Assembly: GCA_904063045.1 (NCBI GenBank)
Contig: CAJFCJ010000077.1
Location: 86,485-127,457, forward strand
DNA length: 40,973 nucleotides
Reading direction: 5' to 3'
Source of the DNA: Dimorphilus gyrociliatus
Lineage: Eukaryota; Animalia; Annelida
This document shows positions 22,890-33,914 of the stretch, in pieces. How positions within the stretch are numbered: position 1 is the first letter of the stretch; every line of letters begins with the position of its first letter. The notes beneath the pieces are model-generated. The model saw nothing but the letters and a program-made list of their open reading frames with translations, ran no database searches and had not been told where the DNA came from. Position numbers and translations under genes: made by a program.

Positions 22890-23250
22890 TTTGTCTAAAA
22901 TAGATAGAAAATAAACTCAATTATTACACATTCTATCAATATAAATTCTATTAGAAGATATTTGAATTAGTAGAATGAAGAAAAAAGTTAGGAAAAATAT
23001 TCTTCTTAACATTTTAAAGTTAAGTTTATTTTTTGTCTTTTTTATATGAAAATATCTGAACAACTACAAAACAAGAACATCATTTTAACTGGAAATTGCA
23101 TAACTTAAATCCATGTATTATATATGCAATTCTCTTCCATTTCCATTATTTTATTACAAAAGCAGGAAGATTAGATTAATGAATAATTAATTGTGTTCAC
23201 ACAGTTTTTAAATATTTGATAATCAAGCAAAATACAGAATGATGGAATGT
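22890..23250 (-). pseudogene. Inverted duplicate of the promoter and first exon of the PAN-domain gene
   Basis: The reverse complement reproduces ATGTTAAGAAGAATATTTTTCCTAAC...GATAGAATGTGTAATAATTGAGTTT of 24353-24450, plus a more diverged upstream region. No downstream exons are present. Confidence 0.85.
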
Positions 23251-23894
23251 TTAAAGAATCGCGTTTAAATATTGATGTGTCATCATTAAAATTTAGTAAA
23301 AATTTTCACCAGTGCATAAAAAATGCATGTTATGGATTTAATTCTAAATAACACAAGCTTTTCCATAAACAAAAGAGAGAAATCCAATCAACTTTACCTG
23401 GGGTATAGTTTTATTAGATGTACAAATAGTGTCATTGGAATGAAAAAGGGTGCAATATTGTTTAAGCTGTCACTTTATGAGTAATGAAATTTGATCTATT
23501 ATCAGAGTGGAGAATTTATATTCAGGATCATATGGCACACATAATTTCCTTTCAAAAATCTTACTTGGGGACATTTTCTATTGGCCCTGAAACAAAAAAA
23601 AAAGCAAAGAATAAAAAATACAATCTAACTAAGCCTTTTACAATATGCCTTTAAAATGTCAATTGCATAAAATTAAATACAAATCTATTGATGAGAATTT
23701 ATTACACCAAGGCAACAGTAAATCAATTTTAATATTTATAAGAACTATTTACTTCATTTCCTACTAAAATTAATAGAATTAAATCCATAACATTCATTCT
23801 TTATGCACTTTGTGATAGAAAAAACAGCAAAAACTCTGAGTTTTCAATTGCTTTAGATATTTTACTTGTGTTTAAAGAAAAGTCGAGGATTCAA

Positions 23895-24050
23895 AATTGG
23901 AAAAAAAGTAATTTTTTTCTGATGAATCAAAGGTTGAGCTGCATCCCAGGGGGAGGGAGTTTGTTAGGAGGCCACCAGGAAAACGAAATGACCCTAACTA
24001 TACAACAAAAACAGTAAAATTTAAGGGAAGGGAATATCATGGTGTTTGTT
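23895..24050 (+). mobile_element. Tc1-like transposase fragment (first Asp region)
   Basis: NWKKVIF/SDESKVELHPRGREFVRRPPGKRNDPNYTTKTVKF..G.IMVF with homopolymer frameshifts. Confidence 0.8.
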
Positions 24051-24352
24051 AAATTTTATAAAGATATATTATCAGAGAATCTGTAATACTACAATATTAT
24101 TTGATTACTTACATATGTATTAGCAATATTTATATCTGTATTATAAAAGTTATCAAATGTTTAGAAACTCTGTCCACACAATTGATGATTCATTAATCTA
24201 GTGTTCCTGCATTTTTAACAAAATAAGTAAAATGAATGGAAAAGAATTGCATATATAAAATCTGGATTTAAGTTATGTAGATTCCAGGAAAATTATTTTC
24301 TTGCTTTGTCGTTGTTCAGATATTTTCATATAAAAAAGACAAGTAATTTAAA

Positions 24353-25491
24353 ATGTTAAGAAGAATATTTTTCCTAACTTTTTTCTTCATTCTACTAATT
24401 CAAATATCTTCTAATAGAATTTATATTGATAGAATGTGTAATAATTGAGTTTTTTTATCTATCTAAAGTTTTGTAAATTTGATCTCATTTTTTTTCAGTT
24501 TGCAATACATTTATTGGTCAGAAGAATGTAAAACTGGTTAATACGGAAGATACTTCAGTAACGCAAAATTTGGAATGGACAGATTGTATTCAATCTTTCC
24601 TTGATAGTAATGCTCACGCAAGTGTTGAATATAATGAAATATCGAAAGAGTGTCGCAAAAAGAGATTTGGTTCTTATGGATCTAACTTAACAGCTGCAGA
24701 AGGAACTTTATATTATACTAAAATTGTCAATAATGGTAAAATTATAAGTGAAATATTTGTGAAAATCTAAATATAATCTTTTAAAAAGGTTCCCAGACTT
24801 GGCAACATTTAGCTGGAAAATTAATACACAATTGTCTGCCTTGCGCCACACTACATAATTTTGATTCCACTGATATAGTAACGTGTAAAGAAGAATGTTT
24901 AAAACATAAAGATTGCCTTTCAATAAAGAAAACCTCATCTACAAGTTGTGCTTTTTTCTCTTTAGTTGCAATCCCTGGTGGTTTATTGGATTACCCCGGT
25001 TTTTCTTATTATCAGAAACAAAATCCCCTAAGTAAATCAGAAATACTTTTCTAATAAAATACAATTTATTAAATTGTGTTTATTTTCTAGCATTATTCAA
25101 TATTTCTACAGAGAATATCTGCCTCGAATCACAAACACAGTTTATTAAATCAATTGGTGATGGAATTATTGAATGTCCATTAAAAACAATCTCTATCCCA
25201 GCAAATTTTCAAATAAAATATACATCTGACAAAATGATTAATGGAAACATACAAATTTCTATCTATATAATGGAAAATGATGAGGATAAGTGCTCAAATA
25301 TCATTGTTTTAAACGATCCAAATATTCAAATTCAAATGTGTAATATGGAAATGAATGAAAAGAATTTCTGTAAATTTGTGTGTGCAGGAGATGATTATAA
25401 TGAAATTATTATTCAAAGTTTATCAGCTAAAAATATTTTCTGTGAAATTCAAATTTTGTCTGAAGATAGAATGATTAATGTCTGTATGTAA
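24353..25491 (+). CDS. Secreted protein with two PAN/Apple-like domains and a Cys-containing C-terminal domain, 4 exons
   Basis: MLRRIFFLTFFFILLIQISS (signal) | FCNTF..EWTDCIQSFL..SVEYNEISKEC..GTLYYTK | ..IVTCKEECLKHKDCLSI..SC..GFSYYQK | ..IFCEIQIL..*. All three introns are phase-1 GT-AG and the frame is open throughout. Confidence 0.8.
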
Positions 25492-25662
25492 AAGAATCTT
25501 TCTTGAAATACATTTTGAATGAATTAATTTTCCAAGTTTAAGAATTACAGTAAATTAACTTGATAGTCAAGGAAGTTGTCAACATTTGATGAATACTTCA
25601 GAATCTTTACTGAATATGCTATATATTAATTAACAGTCTAATTAAGACAAGCATAAAACTAG

Positions 25663-25869
25663 TTGGTTGACAGAAAACATCCACAAATAAGAAATTTCAA
25701 GACTAGATTTTGCATTGAGAAATTGTTTAGGGGGAAAAAGACAGTAACTGATTTGTACTTAGGAGGATCTCCTCTAAGGGTTAGGGGAATGGAACAAGTT
25801 AGGTATAGCCAAGGGTTGGGTTAGGGTTAGGGTAAAAACACTGATTTGTGGACATTTTCTGTTGTATCC
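25663..25869. mobile_element. Mutator-type MITE with TTAGGG arm
   Basis: Left GACAGAAAACATCC, right GGACATTTTCTGTTGTATCC, and an internal GGGTTGGGTTAGGGTTAGGGT. Confidence 0.75.
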
Positions 25870-25956
25870 CTAAACTTGATATCTCTTAAATGTTTTCTGA
25901 CATTATTCATAGAGAGACGCTGCTAGTGAACAGAATGACAAATTAATCAAAACTAC

Positions 25957-26286
25957 TGTACTGCTCTTGCTTGGCAAATTTATGCGTTTGCAAGTTACAA
26001 CAATACTGGTTCCACTCGAACCTTTAAACAAATGTTTAAAATAAAACGGTTTATTCGCAATAATAATACTTAAGCAAGTAACAATATGAGAGTTCAATAG
26101 TAGAGTAGATAGTGAGTAATAGCAGGTTGCCAAATTACCAAACTGTCTTTCAATGTTGAGAAGTAGATGGATGGTTCCAGTGGAGGTTGTTTCCAGGTTA
26201 TCTTTCCAGGTCCTTGGGTCCAGACACGAATGCTTAGAATGAAAATAGTGAGTGAGGATTTATATACTTTAAGGTTTACCTCTGAT
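25957..26286 (-). repeat. Repeat module Y copy (reverse), truncated by the gap
   Basis: Reverse complement of the Y consensus with the same distal boundary (..AGCAAGAGCAGTACA). Confidence 0.85.
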
Positions 26287-26576
26287 NNNNNNNNNNNNNN
26301 NNNNNNNNNNNNNNNNNNNNNNNNNNNNNNNNNNNNNNNNNNNNNNNNNNNNNNNNNNNNNNNNNNNNNNNNNNNNNNNNNNNNNNNNNNNNNNNNNNNN
26401 NNNNNNNNNNNNNNNNNNNNNNNNNNNNNNNNNNNNNNNNNNNNNNNNNNNNNNNNNNNNNNNNNNNNNNNNNNNNNNNNNNNNNNNNNNNNNNNNNNNN
26501 NNNNNNNNNNNNNNNNNNNNNNNNNNNNNNNNNNNNNNNNNNNNNNNNNNNNNNNNNNNNNNNNNNNNNNNNNNNN
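26287..26576. other. Assembly gap (N run)
   Basis: Run of N. Confidence 1.
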
Positions 26577-26924
26577 AAAATGACACCCTAGCAGATATGA
26601 GACACTTCATTTTAGCAAGTCTTCCGTAAAATTTTTATCTATAAACTCCAGTTGAGTATCTTTAATCAGAATACCAGATCAGTTTTTATATTTTCAATAT
26701 TTATACTTTATACTCCTACAATAACTTTGGCGTTAAAAACAAGAGTAAGTTTTCTATAGATAGATATTAATAAATCTTTTTATTTCTTAGTTGATTATTT
26801 AGTTATATTGGAAGAATGGGTTTTTAGATGAACTTCTCCAATTAGTGACTGAAACTGTATCAATTGATCTCTCTTTCGCTCTTTCTCTCTTTTTTATGAC
26901 AGGAAAAAGCCAAAATTAATTTTC

Positions 26925-27130
26925 CCAGACAGTGGTAATGCTCAAAAGGTTTGTGATGTTGCTCAGCTTTGCTATGAACTTGGTTACGGCTGTTTTCTAA
27001 GAGCTGATGAAATTTCTGGTTATAAACTGAGACAAATAGACAGTGACTGTTATGACAATGATATATCTAGCAAATTAATAATATCAAATACAGAGTTCAT
27101 AGATCGGTGTTCATCAATTAATGTGAATTA
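26925..27130 (+). mobile_element. Possible tyrosine-recombinase fragment (DIRS/Crypton-like)
   Basis: VAQLCYELGYGCFLRADEISG resembles the YR box-I L.F.GFLR..E motif. Only one motif is seen. Confidence 0.3.
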
Positions 27131-27601
27131 GCTCTGTCCATTGATTGATGAATATTGATAACTACAATTTCATTAGATGAAAATTTGAGAAATATTTAAT
27201 TGCAAATTTAGGTAATATACCTGTTCCAAGAAGGAAAAACCCTGAATATTTTAGGGAATTCTTTATTGTTTTGAATGGACAATTATCGAAATTATCCATT
27301 TTTAAACATCAGAATGCTGCAAAAATTATAAAAAAGACTGGATGTTCCATTTTAGTTTTAAAGAAACTAAAACAAAAAAATGTAAAGTTTAGTAACAATT
27401 ATTGAAAATAGGCTTAGAACCTTTTAGGATAGTTTAAGCGATGTTCATTATATAAATGGAGATAAAAAAGATATTTATTTGGTATTACATTAAGGTAGTT
27501 AATTATTTATGTTTTACTTTGGGAAAATGATGAAAACGTACGAGAAACTTAACTTGTCTTTACAATTTTTCAATTGTTTTTCATGGTATAGCTCTGTGGA
27601 A

Positions 27602-28555
27602 ATGGTCTATTTAGATGAAAGTACTATATCGTCACTACCATCAATACAATCTCCTATTAAGCCTGACGACTGGGAAAATCGTTTACACAGCTTTCTCTCG
27701 ATAGTACTTTTCATTGCTGGATTATTTTCCAATGGATTTGTATTATTTTCCTTTGCAAAATTTAAAAATGTTAGAGAAGCAATTGTAATATTTATACCCG
27801 CAGTTGCAATATGCGATTTAGCTTCCACAATTTGGTTCTTCACAATTCATCTTTCTGGAAATTCATTGAATTCCGAAAAATCCCATCCAGTTGTTTGTAT
27901 TATTTTAAATTTGAGTCAGTCTTTCTTCTTCTCTCAGGCTCAATATTTTCTATTATTTGTGTTTGTGCATAGATATATCATGATAAAATATCCATTCCAA
28001 TCTGAGCAGTTTTTTACCACTAAGAGATTACTATTCACCATTGTTGGTCTAATTATCTTTTCAATAACAATTTGCCTAATACCCTGCTATGGACCAGCTC
28101 TGGGATATGGGAGAAAATTAGTCTGTCAAGGATATATGGGCTATGATCCTGAATATTACTTTATTCATTTTGGACTTCTTTTACCGCTTCTCATTGGAGC
28201 AATAATTTTACATGTTAAAATTTTGAAAATTGCCAAACTACACGCTTTTAATATTGAATTGCAGACTCGAAAGATGAAAAATGTGTCCAACTCATCAAAG
28301 GCAACGCTTTTACAATTGTGTTTGATGGTATTTCCTTGGGTAATCTTCTCACTGCTGATATATTTTGCAATTCATGGTTATAATATAAATTTAATTAAGC
28401 TATCAATGATATCAAACTATTTAATAGTAGTACAGGCAATAAATAATCCCATTATAACTATTATTGGTAATACAACATTAAAATCCCAATTAAAGAATCT
28501 ACTAAAATTAAGACAAGTTTTACCAGTAGTAGAAGGTGAGGGTCAACTCACTTAG
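27602..28555 (+). CDS. Intronless orphan class-A (rhodopsin-like) GPCR
   Basis: Seven hydrophobic segments with GLFSNGFV (TM1 N), AICDL (TM2 D), a TM3 Cys, HRY, FPW and AINNPIIT. The ORF is open from 27509; MVYLDES at 27602 is the more plausible start. Confidence 0.9.
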   Translation: MVYLDESTISSLPSIQSPIKPDDWENRLHSFLSIVLFIAGLFSNGFVLFSFAKFKNVREAIVIFIPAVAICDLASTIWFFTIHLSGNSLNSEKSHPVVCIILNLSQSFFFSQAQYFLLFVFVHRYIMIKYPFQSEQFFTTKRLLFTIVGLIIFSITICLIPCYGPALGYGRKLVCQGYMGYDPEYYFIHFGLLLPLLIGAIILHVKILKIAKLHAFNIELQTRKMKNVSNSSKATLLQLCLMVFPWVIFSLLIYFAIHGYNINLIKLSMISNYLIVVQAINNPIITIIGNTTLKSQLKNLLKLRQVLPVVEGEGQLT

Positions 28556-29280
28556 CGTCTTGAATATGCAGGTAAATATGTTTCTTCTGAATAAACTATT
28601 AACTGTGAGGCTTAATTTCCATCTTAGTTGATAGGAAATGTCCACAAACGAGATATTTGGAGTTCAGATTTTCGGTTGAAAAATGATTAACTGGAAAATA
28701 ACTAATAGATGCTACATATCATAAATTTTTAATCAATTAGGATATTGCATGTGACAAATAGGAAAGAAAGAATAGAGGAATTAAATAGGGAGCATTTTCT
28801 TTCAATATCCTTCTTGATCAATTTACAATTGTCTTGTCATGCAAAACAGACGTATAAATCTATTTGATATTATATTCATTATATATGAGGAGACTAAAAA
28901 AATATACTTGATGTTACATTTGACCATTATTTATTCATATATTGTTTACTTTAGCAGAATGATAAAAGCATATAACAAACTTTTCTAGGGAAGTTTTTAA
29001 CTCATGGGAAAGTATATAAACTCTAGAAATTTAATAGATGTTAGTTTAGTTTTTCTAGTCTTTTGCCTAGAATGCTAACGACATATTTTATTTGTTAAAA
29101 TAGTTTGGATGAAAATTTATTTATTTATCAATCACAAACTTTCGCAATTGCCATATAACAAAGTACAATGTTAATCTGCATACTACGTATTAAGATATTT
29201 GTGAATTATACAATGAAATGTGTTGTTTGTGTTTGCATATGTTTAAATATACAATGAATTGGTAAATATTTGTCTCTTAT

Positions 29281-29481
29281 GGGGCCGACAGAAAACGTCT
29301 CCAAGTGAAATTTTTGAAGGCAACATTTCGGATTGAAAAATGGTTAAAAGAAGTAAAGTAGCTTTTGATTTGTAGTTAGGGGAGTTTCATCTAAGGGTTA
29401 GGGGCATTGAAAAAGGCTAGGCAAAAGCAAGGGCTAGGTTAGGGTAAAACAATAGATTTATGGCCGTTTTCTACCACATCC
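29281..29481. mobile_element. Mutator-type MITE with TTAGGG arm
   Basis: Left GGGGCCGACAGAAAACGTC and right GGCCGTTTTCTACCACATCC (the exact reverse complement of the left end of the 4058 copy). Internal sequence is shared with the 36834 and 39210 copies. Confidence 0.8.
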
Positions 29482-29767
29482 AAAATTATTGAGGGTCCTC
29501 AATTTCATAATAATTAAACTATTAATGTATATTAACCAATTAGGAAAAACATTTGCTTCTCATGAAAGTGGATACAATTAAGGAGATACTTGTTTGTCTA
29601 TTGTTGAATGACACCTTTTCATTCAAGCAGTGGACTAGTAAAAATGTTGAAATTTCAGGGGAACTTCATAATTAGATATAGTTTTTTAATTTGTCAAAAT
29701 TGTTGCAGAAGACCCTAATAGAGATCAGCCAGTCATCTGATTGCTATGAAAGAGGTGAAGATTGTAT

Positions 29768-31556
29768 TTAACCGAACAGCCACTCATATATCATTCTTTT
29801 TAATCCAGTTCCTTGTTGGCTGAGCAAATTAAAGCCAGTAAATGAATTTTGTTGACCATTCCACAAGTAATTTTCATTATCAATTATCTTGAAGAGGCAA
29901 CAGATTCTTTCCAAAAAGTTGTAATAGATATAATTCGATGTAAAATCTTTCCATGAATTTACGCATTCAAACATTGATTTGTTCAAAAACACCGTTAAAC
30001 AACTTTATAAATTAGATAATTCAACATTTGTAATCATAACAAATTTATCTACGCAGTGATTTTTCTATATAAATTCAAAGAGAAAAAATAGAATCAAAGT
30101 ATTTTAAATATTTAGAAATTTTATAATTTTTTTACCATAGTTCTCTGCAAATGATTGAATTTCGCAAATATCGGCATCTTTATCAAAGTCATTTGCCTCA
30201 ATGTATAGTAGATTTCCATAAATTACTTGTGTACATTCAATCTGAATTGGATGACTTGTTTTTGATATTGATGTTATTGTCCACATATAGGTTGCTATCC
30301 ATGATTGGTGCTATTTCCAATTTTCACTATTAATTTATTAATACCTGTTCCAGATATGAAAAATATGAGTATAAAATAAATAATTCGAGTATCAACTTGT
30401 CAACCATTTTGAAAATCTTGTCTTGGTTGGATTATTACTCGCTTCACGTTGTATATTCCATCAAAGGTTACTTTTAATACATCCTTTCTTGTTGCTGACA
30501 ATGTTGTACAAGTGCTTGGAATAAGACTTGGATAATTACCAAATTTTCCATCGAATGATGTCAAAGGACACCAATTGGAGTTATAGATATTTGTACCAAC
30601 ATTTGCGCTGAAATATGCCTCAGTTTGATCTATTTTCCAAATAATGCAACGACCATGAATTGTATTCTCTTTACAAACAATTTCCACAAATTTCGTAATC
30701 TTCAGCAGAAAGAAAATAATTTTTGAAACCGGAAGAGAAATAAACCGAGATGAACATGTCAAAATGTTCGCTAACTTCTGAAAATAGAAACGAAAAGATA
30801 ATTTTTTGTTTTTTTAAAAAAAACAAACTGACTTTGATTTTCTGACAAATAGATAAGAATTTTCCTTATTAAATAAATTCAATTCAAATCAATTGTTATC
30901 CGTAGATTTTAATGCTCAATGCATTAAACATTACTGGTTTTATTACTGTACAACCACCTAAACTTACCTTTGAATTTTTGATACCATCCACTATATTTTT
31001 TTCATTAGTGTGATTTTCATAGATAATGCCACCTGTATAGATGATTGGTTTATTTCATAATGCTATATTGTACGTTCCTGGTGATAGTTCACCATAACAT
31101 AATACTCTATTCAATTGATTATTCGAGTTCAAGTGAAATTTATCGGCATTTGATAATTTTACTATATTAAGATTTCTGATATAATACTTTTAACTTTCAA
31201 GCGTTTTAGCCATCGATGTTTATTTTCAAGGAAACCGTAGCCACTAAGTAAACATTCTACATTTTCTATTCATAAAAATTCAATACATTCCATCGTATGT
31301 ACAGTATTAATATTTCTGTTTCCAGGTATGATTTGTTCTGTTTCTGTTGAAAGAATTCAACAACCTTGAATATTTTTTGACAAATTCAGAGAGAGAGAAA
31401 CAACAAGAAAATCGGTTTTATCATAAAATTTGTACCTTTATAGCAATTTTTATGTTTAATTGATGTATCACATTCACATCTTCCATTAATACAATTAACT
31501 GTTAATTGACGACGAGAAAGTAGACGGAGAAAATATATAACTACTATCTTAGACAT
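29768..31556 (-). pseudogene. Decayed multidomain extracellular gene: EGF-like, kringle-like, two F-type lectin (FTP)-like and a further kringle-like module
   Basis: NCINGRCECD..NCY (EGF); EC..G.GF..YIRN..LCY and EC..ISITTFGK..ENY (kringle-like); YNIAL*NKP..VDG..GGCT, FDG..TCTT..V.FD.IYNVKRVIIQPRQD and VKIGN..ICG..IECTQVIYGN..ICEIQSF (FTP). Multiple stops, frameshifts and deletions. Confidence 0.6.
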
Positions 31557-31891
31557 TCTACCGTCAAAATTTAACAGAAAACTATATTTGAAAGTACATA
31601 GCAATCATTTAAATACTTGAATACATTAATTACTATTTTTACATTAAACACAAAAAACAACAATACAATTAACTTTCTTCTATCTAAATAATTATCCTGT
31701 TAAATTTTATTGAATTTCTGTATAGTTTTACTAGACAAAATATTGATATTGAAATTATATTTTGAACGGTGTTGCCATCTATCAGATGTTTGTCATAAGC
31801 ATTGTTTTTAAGTAATTTTTTATGTAAGCAGAAGCCAAAAAGAAAAATGTTTAAAATTTTATCTATAGCTGAGAACACATACAAGATACGT

Positions 31892-33914
31892 TTATAATGA
31901 CCGCTTTCCAATACTTTGAAAACAAGCATTGATTAAAAAATCAAAAAATTCAAAAAGTGTTAAAATAGTAGCTCCTAAAACTAGGCCAAAAGCTCCACCA
32001 ATATCTGACAAAAGTGCTAACCAAGTATAAGCTGCTTTCTCATTGATTTCCTCTCTGAGCAACGATGAATAAAAGATATTAACTACAAGAAGATCATCCG
32101 GAATAGGTTTCTTAATATCAAATATCCTCCCCAAATTATCTTTATAAGAGTCCTTGAACTTTGAGGAAGAGAGAAAAATGGAAAATTCAGTATTACGGCA
32201 TTGACCCAAACAATTGCATTTAGTAAATATTTCGTTTTTGAAAAAGTATAAGGATTTCTCCTTAATACATGGTAAATTAAATGGAGAACAGATGACACTC
32301 CTCTTTTCTGTAGCTATAATAAAAGAGTACTTTAAACGCGATGAGTAGTTTTAAATGTATAAACAATAATAAAGGCATTACGTGTCATTTCCGGTGATAT
32401 GCAATTACAATTTTTTGCAATAAAATTTGAGTAGCATTGCTTCTTACAAAGAGCTAATCTATAATCTTTATCTTCCTCGCAATATCCATAGGGACTAGGA
32501 AGGAATGTACTCAATTTCAATCTTGTTGAAATCATGTATTCGTTGCCAAATGAGACTTTGATACTCTTTTCAAGCATTTCCGGCACATCTTTCGATTCGT
32601 GGATTAATATCTGTTTAGAAATTGGAAAAAATACATTTAAGGAAATTTTTTCTGAAAAAATTACCCGAAAACCAGCCGATATTGAATTTGTTATTAAATA
32701 ATCCTTTTGTCTTGTATTTAAGTATACAATCAATCCACTCGCGGCTCCAGCTGATTTTACGACTTTGTTGGATTCTTTTGGATTTTTGGAGTGGCAGGGG
32801 GAGACGGTAAAGGTAGAGATAATTTAAATTAAACGGTTTAAAACTGATTAAAACTTCATACCTGAATTGAATTGGAAACAGCCACCCATATTCGTTTGAA
32901 CTAGGCTGAAATTTGTGGAATTACAACTTTCCTGTTTGAAAGTACACTGTGAAAAAGAAAAACAGTAAGTGTAGAATAATTTATAAATTGTCTAATTCAA
33001 AAATTAATTATATACATGAAAAATAGCACTATCACGTGATTGACCAAGCTTTTGATAAAGTTCACCCCAATCCATATAGGAATTATTTAATAGATATTTA
33101 GTATCTTCAGTAAGATTAAACTTGGTCTTTGTTGGATCTACAGAGACAAAATAAGTGGCAGCCGCTTTCATTTCTACAAAACAGGAAATAACAATCTTTA
33201 ATTCAGATAGGATTATTTGAGAAAAGTTAATAAAATTAATTAAATTTTTGGTTGTTTTTCTTTAACCTTTGCCCTAAGTAAGCCTTTAGCTCTTGTTTAA
33301 TCCTAAATAGGTACGACAGAAAGTATCGGCAAATGTATGATTTTACCCTAACCCTAACCGATGAGATTCTTTCCATGTACAATCAATGGATGCTTTATTC
33401 TTCTTAGCCGTCTTGTTCATCGTAAAATCTTGCCGTCAAATATCCCGCTTAGAGACCCTTTCTGTCGATCCCCTACGTTCCTGCTCCTTAACTTGAACTT
33501 TATTCAGTTTACTTTCAACACGAGGATAGGCTTAAAAAATTTCAAATAGAAATCACCTTTTGACATAGCTTTAGCACGAAAATACTTGTTTTCATTACAA
33601 ATTGTTACTGTTGGAAAATCAAGTTGATTATTAGAAACAATTTTAATTTGGGACAGCGTGTTGAATTCTAAGAAATAAGTGATACGATCAATTAATTGAT
33701 ATATCAAAAATCCAAATCCAAAGGCAACTAGCAGACACCAAATAATTCTTTTCAGAATTGAATATCTACTATTAGCAATATATTTCACACCAATCATACT
33801 AATGTCTTCAGAGAGACTTTTCCAGTTGGATAACGATGATGACGCTTTATGTTTTACTTCTCCCGAATTGACATTCTCCATTTTTTCTCTGCTAATAGCC
33901 AGATTATCTTCCAT
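31892..33914 (-). CDS. DEG/ENaC (ASIC-like) sodium channel subunit, 6 exons
   Basis: TM1 KRIIWCLLVAFGFGFLIYQL, FPTVTICNEN, CTF..C..TNMGGCFQFNS, GLIVYLN, GFR|ILIH, PSPYGYC, a Cys-rich thumb, and TM2 LLSDIGGAFGLVLGATILTLFEFFDF. GT-AG introns are in consistent phase. Confidence 0.93.
33310..33471. mobile_element. MITE-like insertion in ENaC intron 1
   Basis: GGTACGACAGAAAG ... CTTTCTGTCGATCC form an inverted pair, with ACCCTAACCCTAACC inside. Confidence 0.65.

Noticed and set aside
26167-26610. ORFs 26167-26583 and 26269-26610
   Set aside because: Artefacts of translating through the N gap; the real part is module Y.
27607-27843. Antisense ORFs over real genes (also 6010-6201, 15172-15718, 30151-30333, 32622-32810, 39975-40187)
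   Set aside because: Shadow ORFs opposite well-supported coding exons, with no independent motifs.
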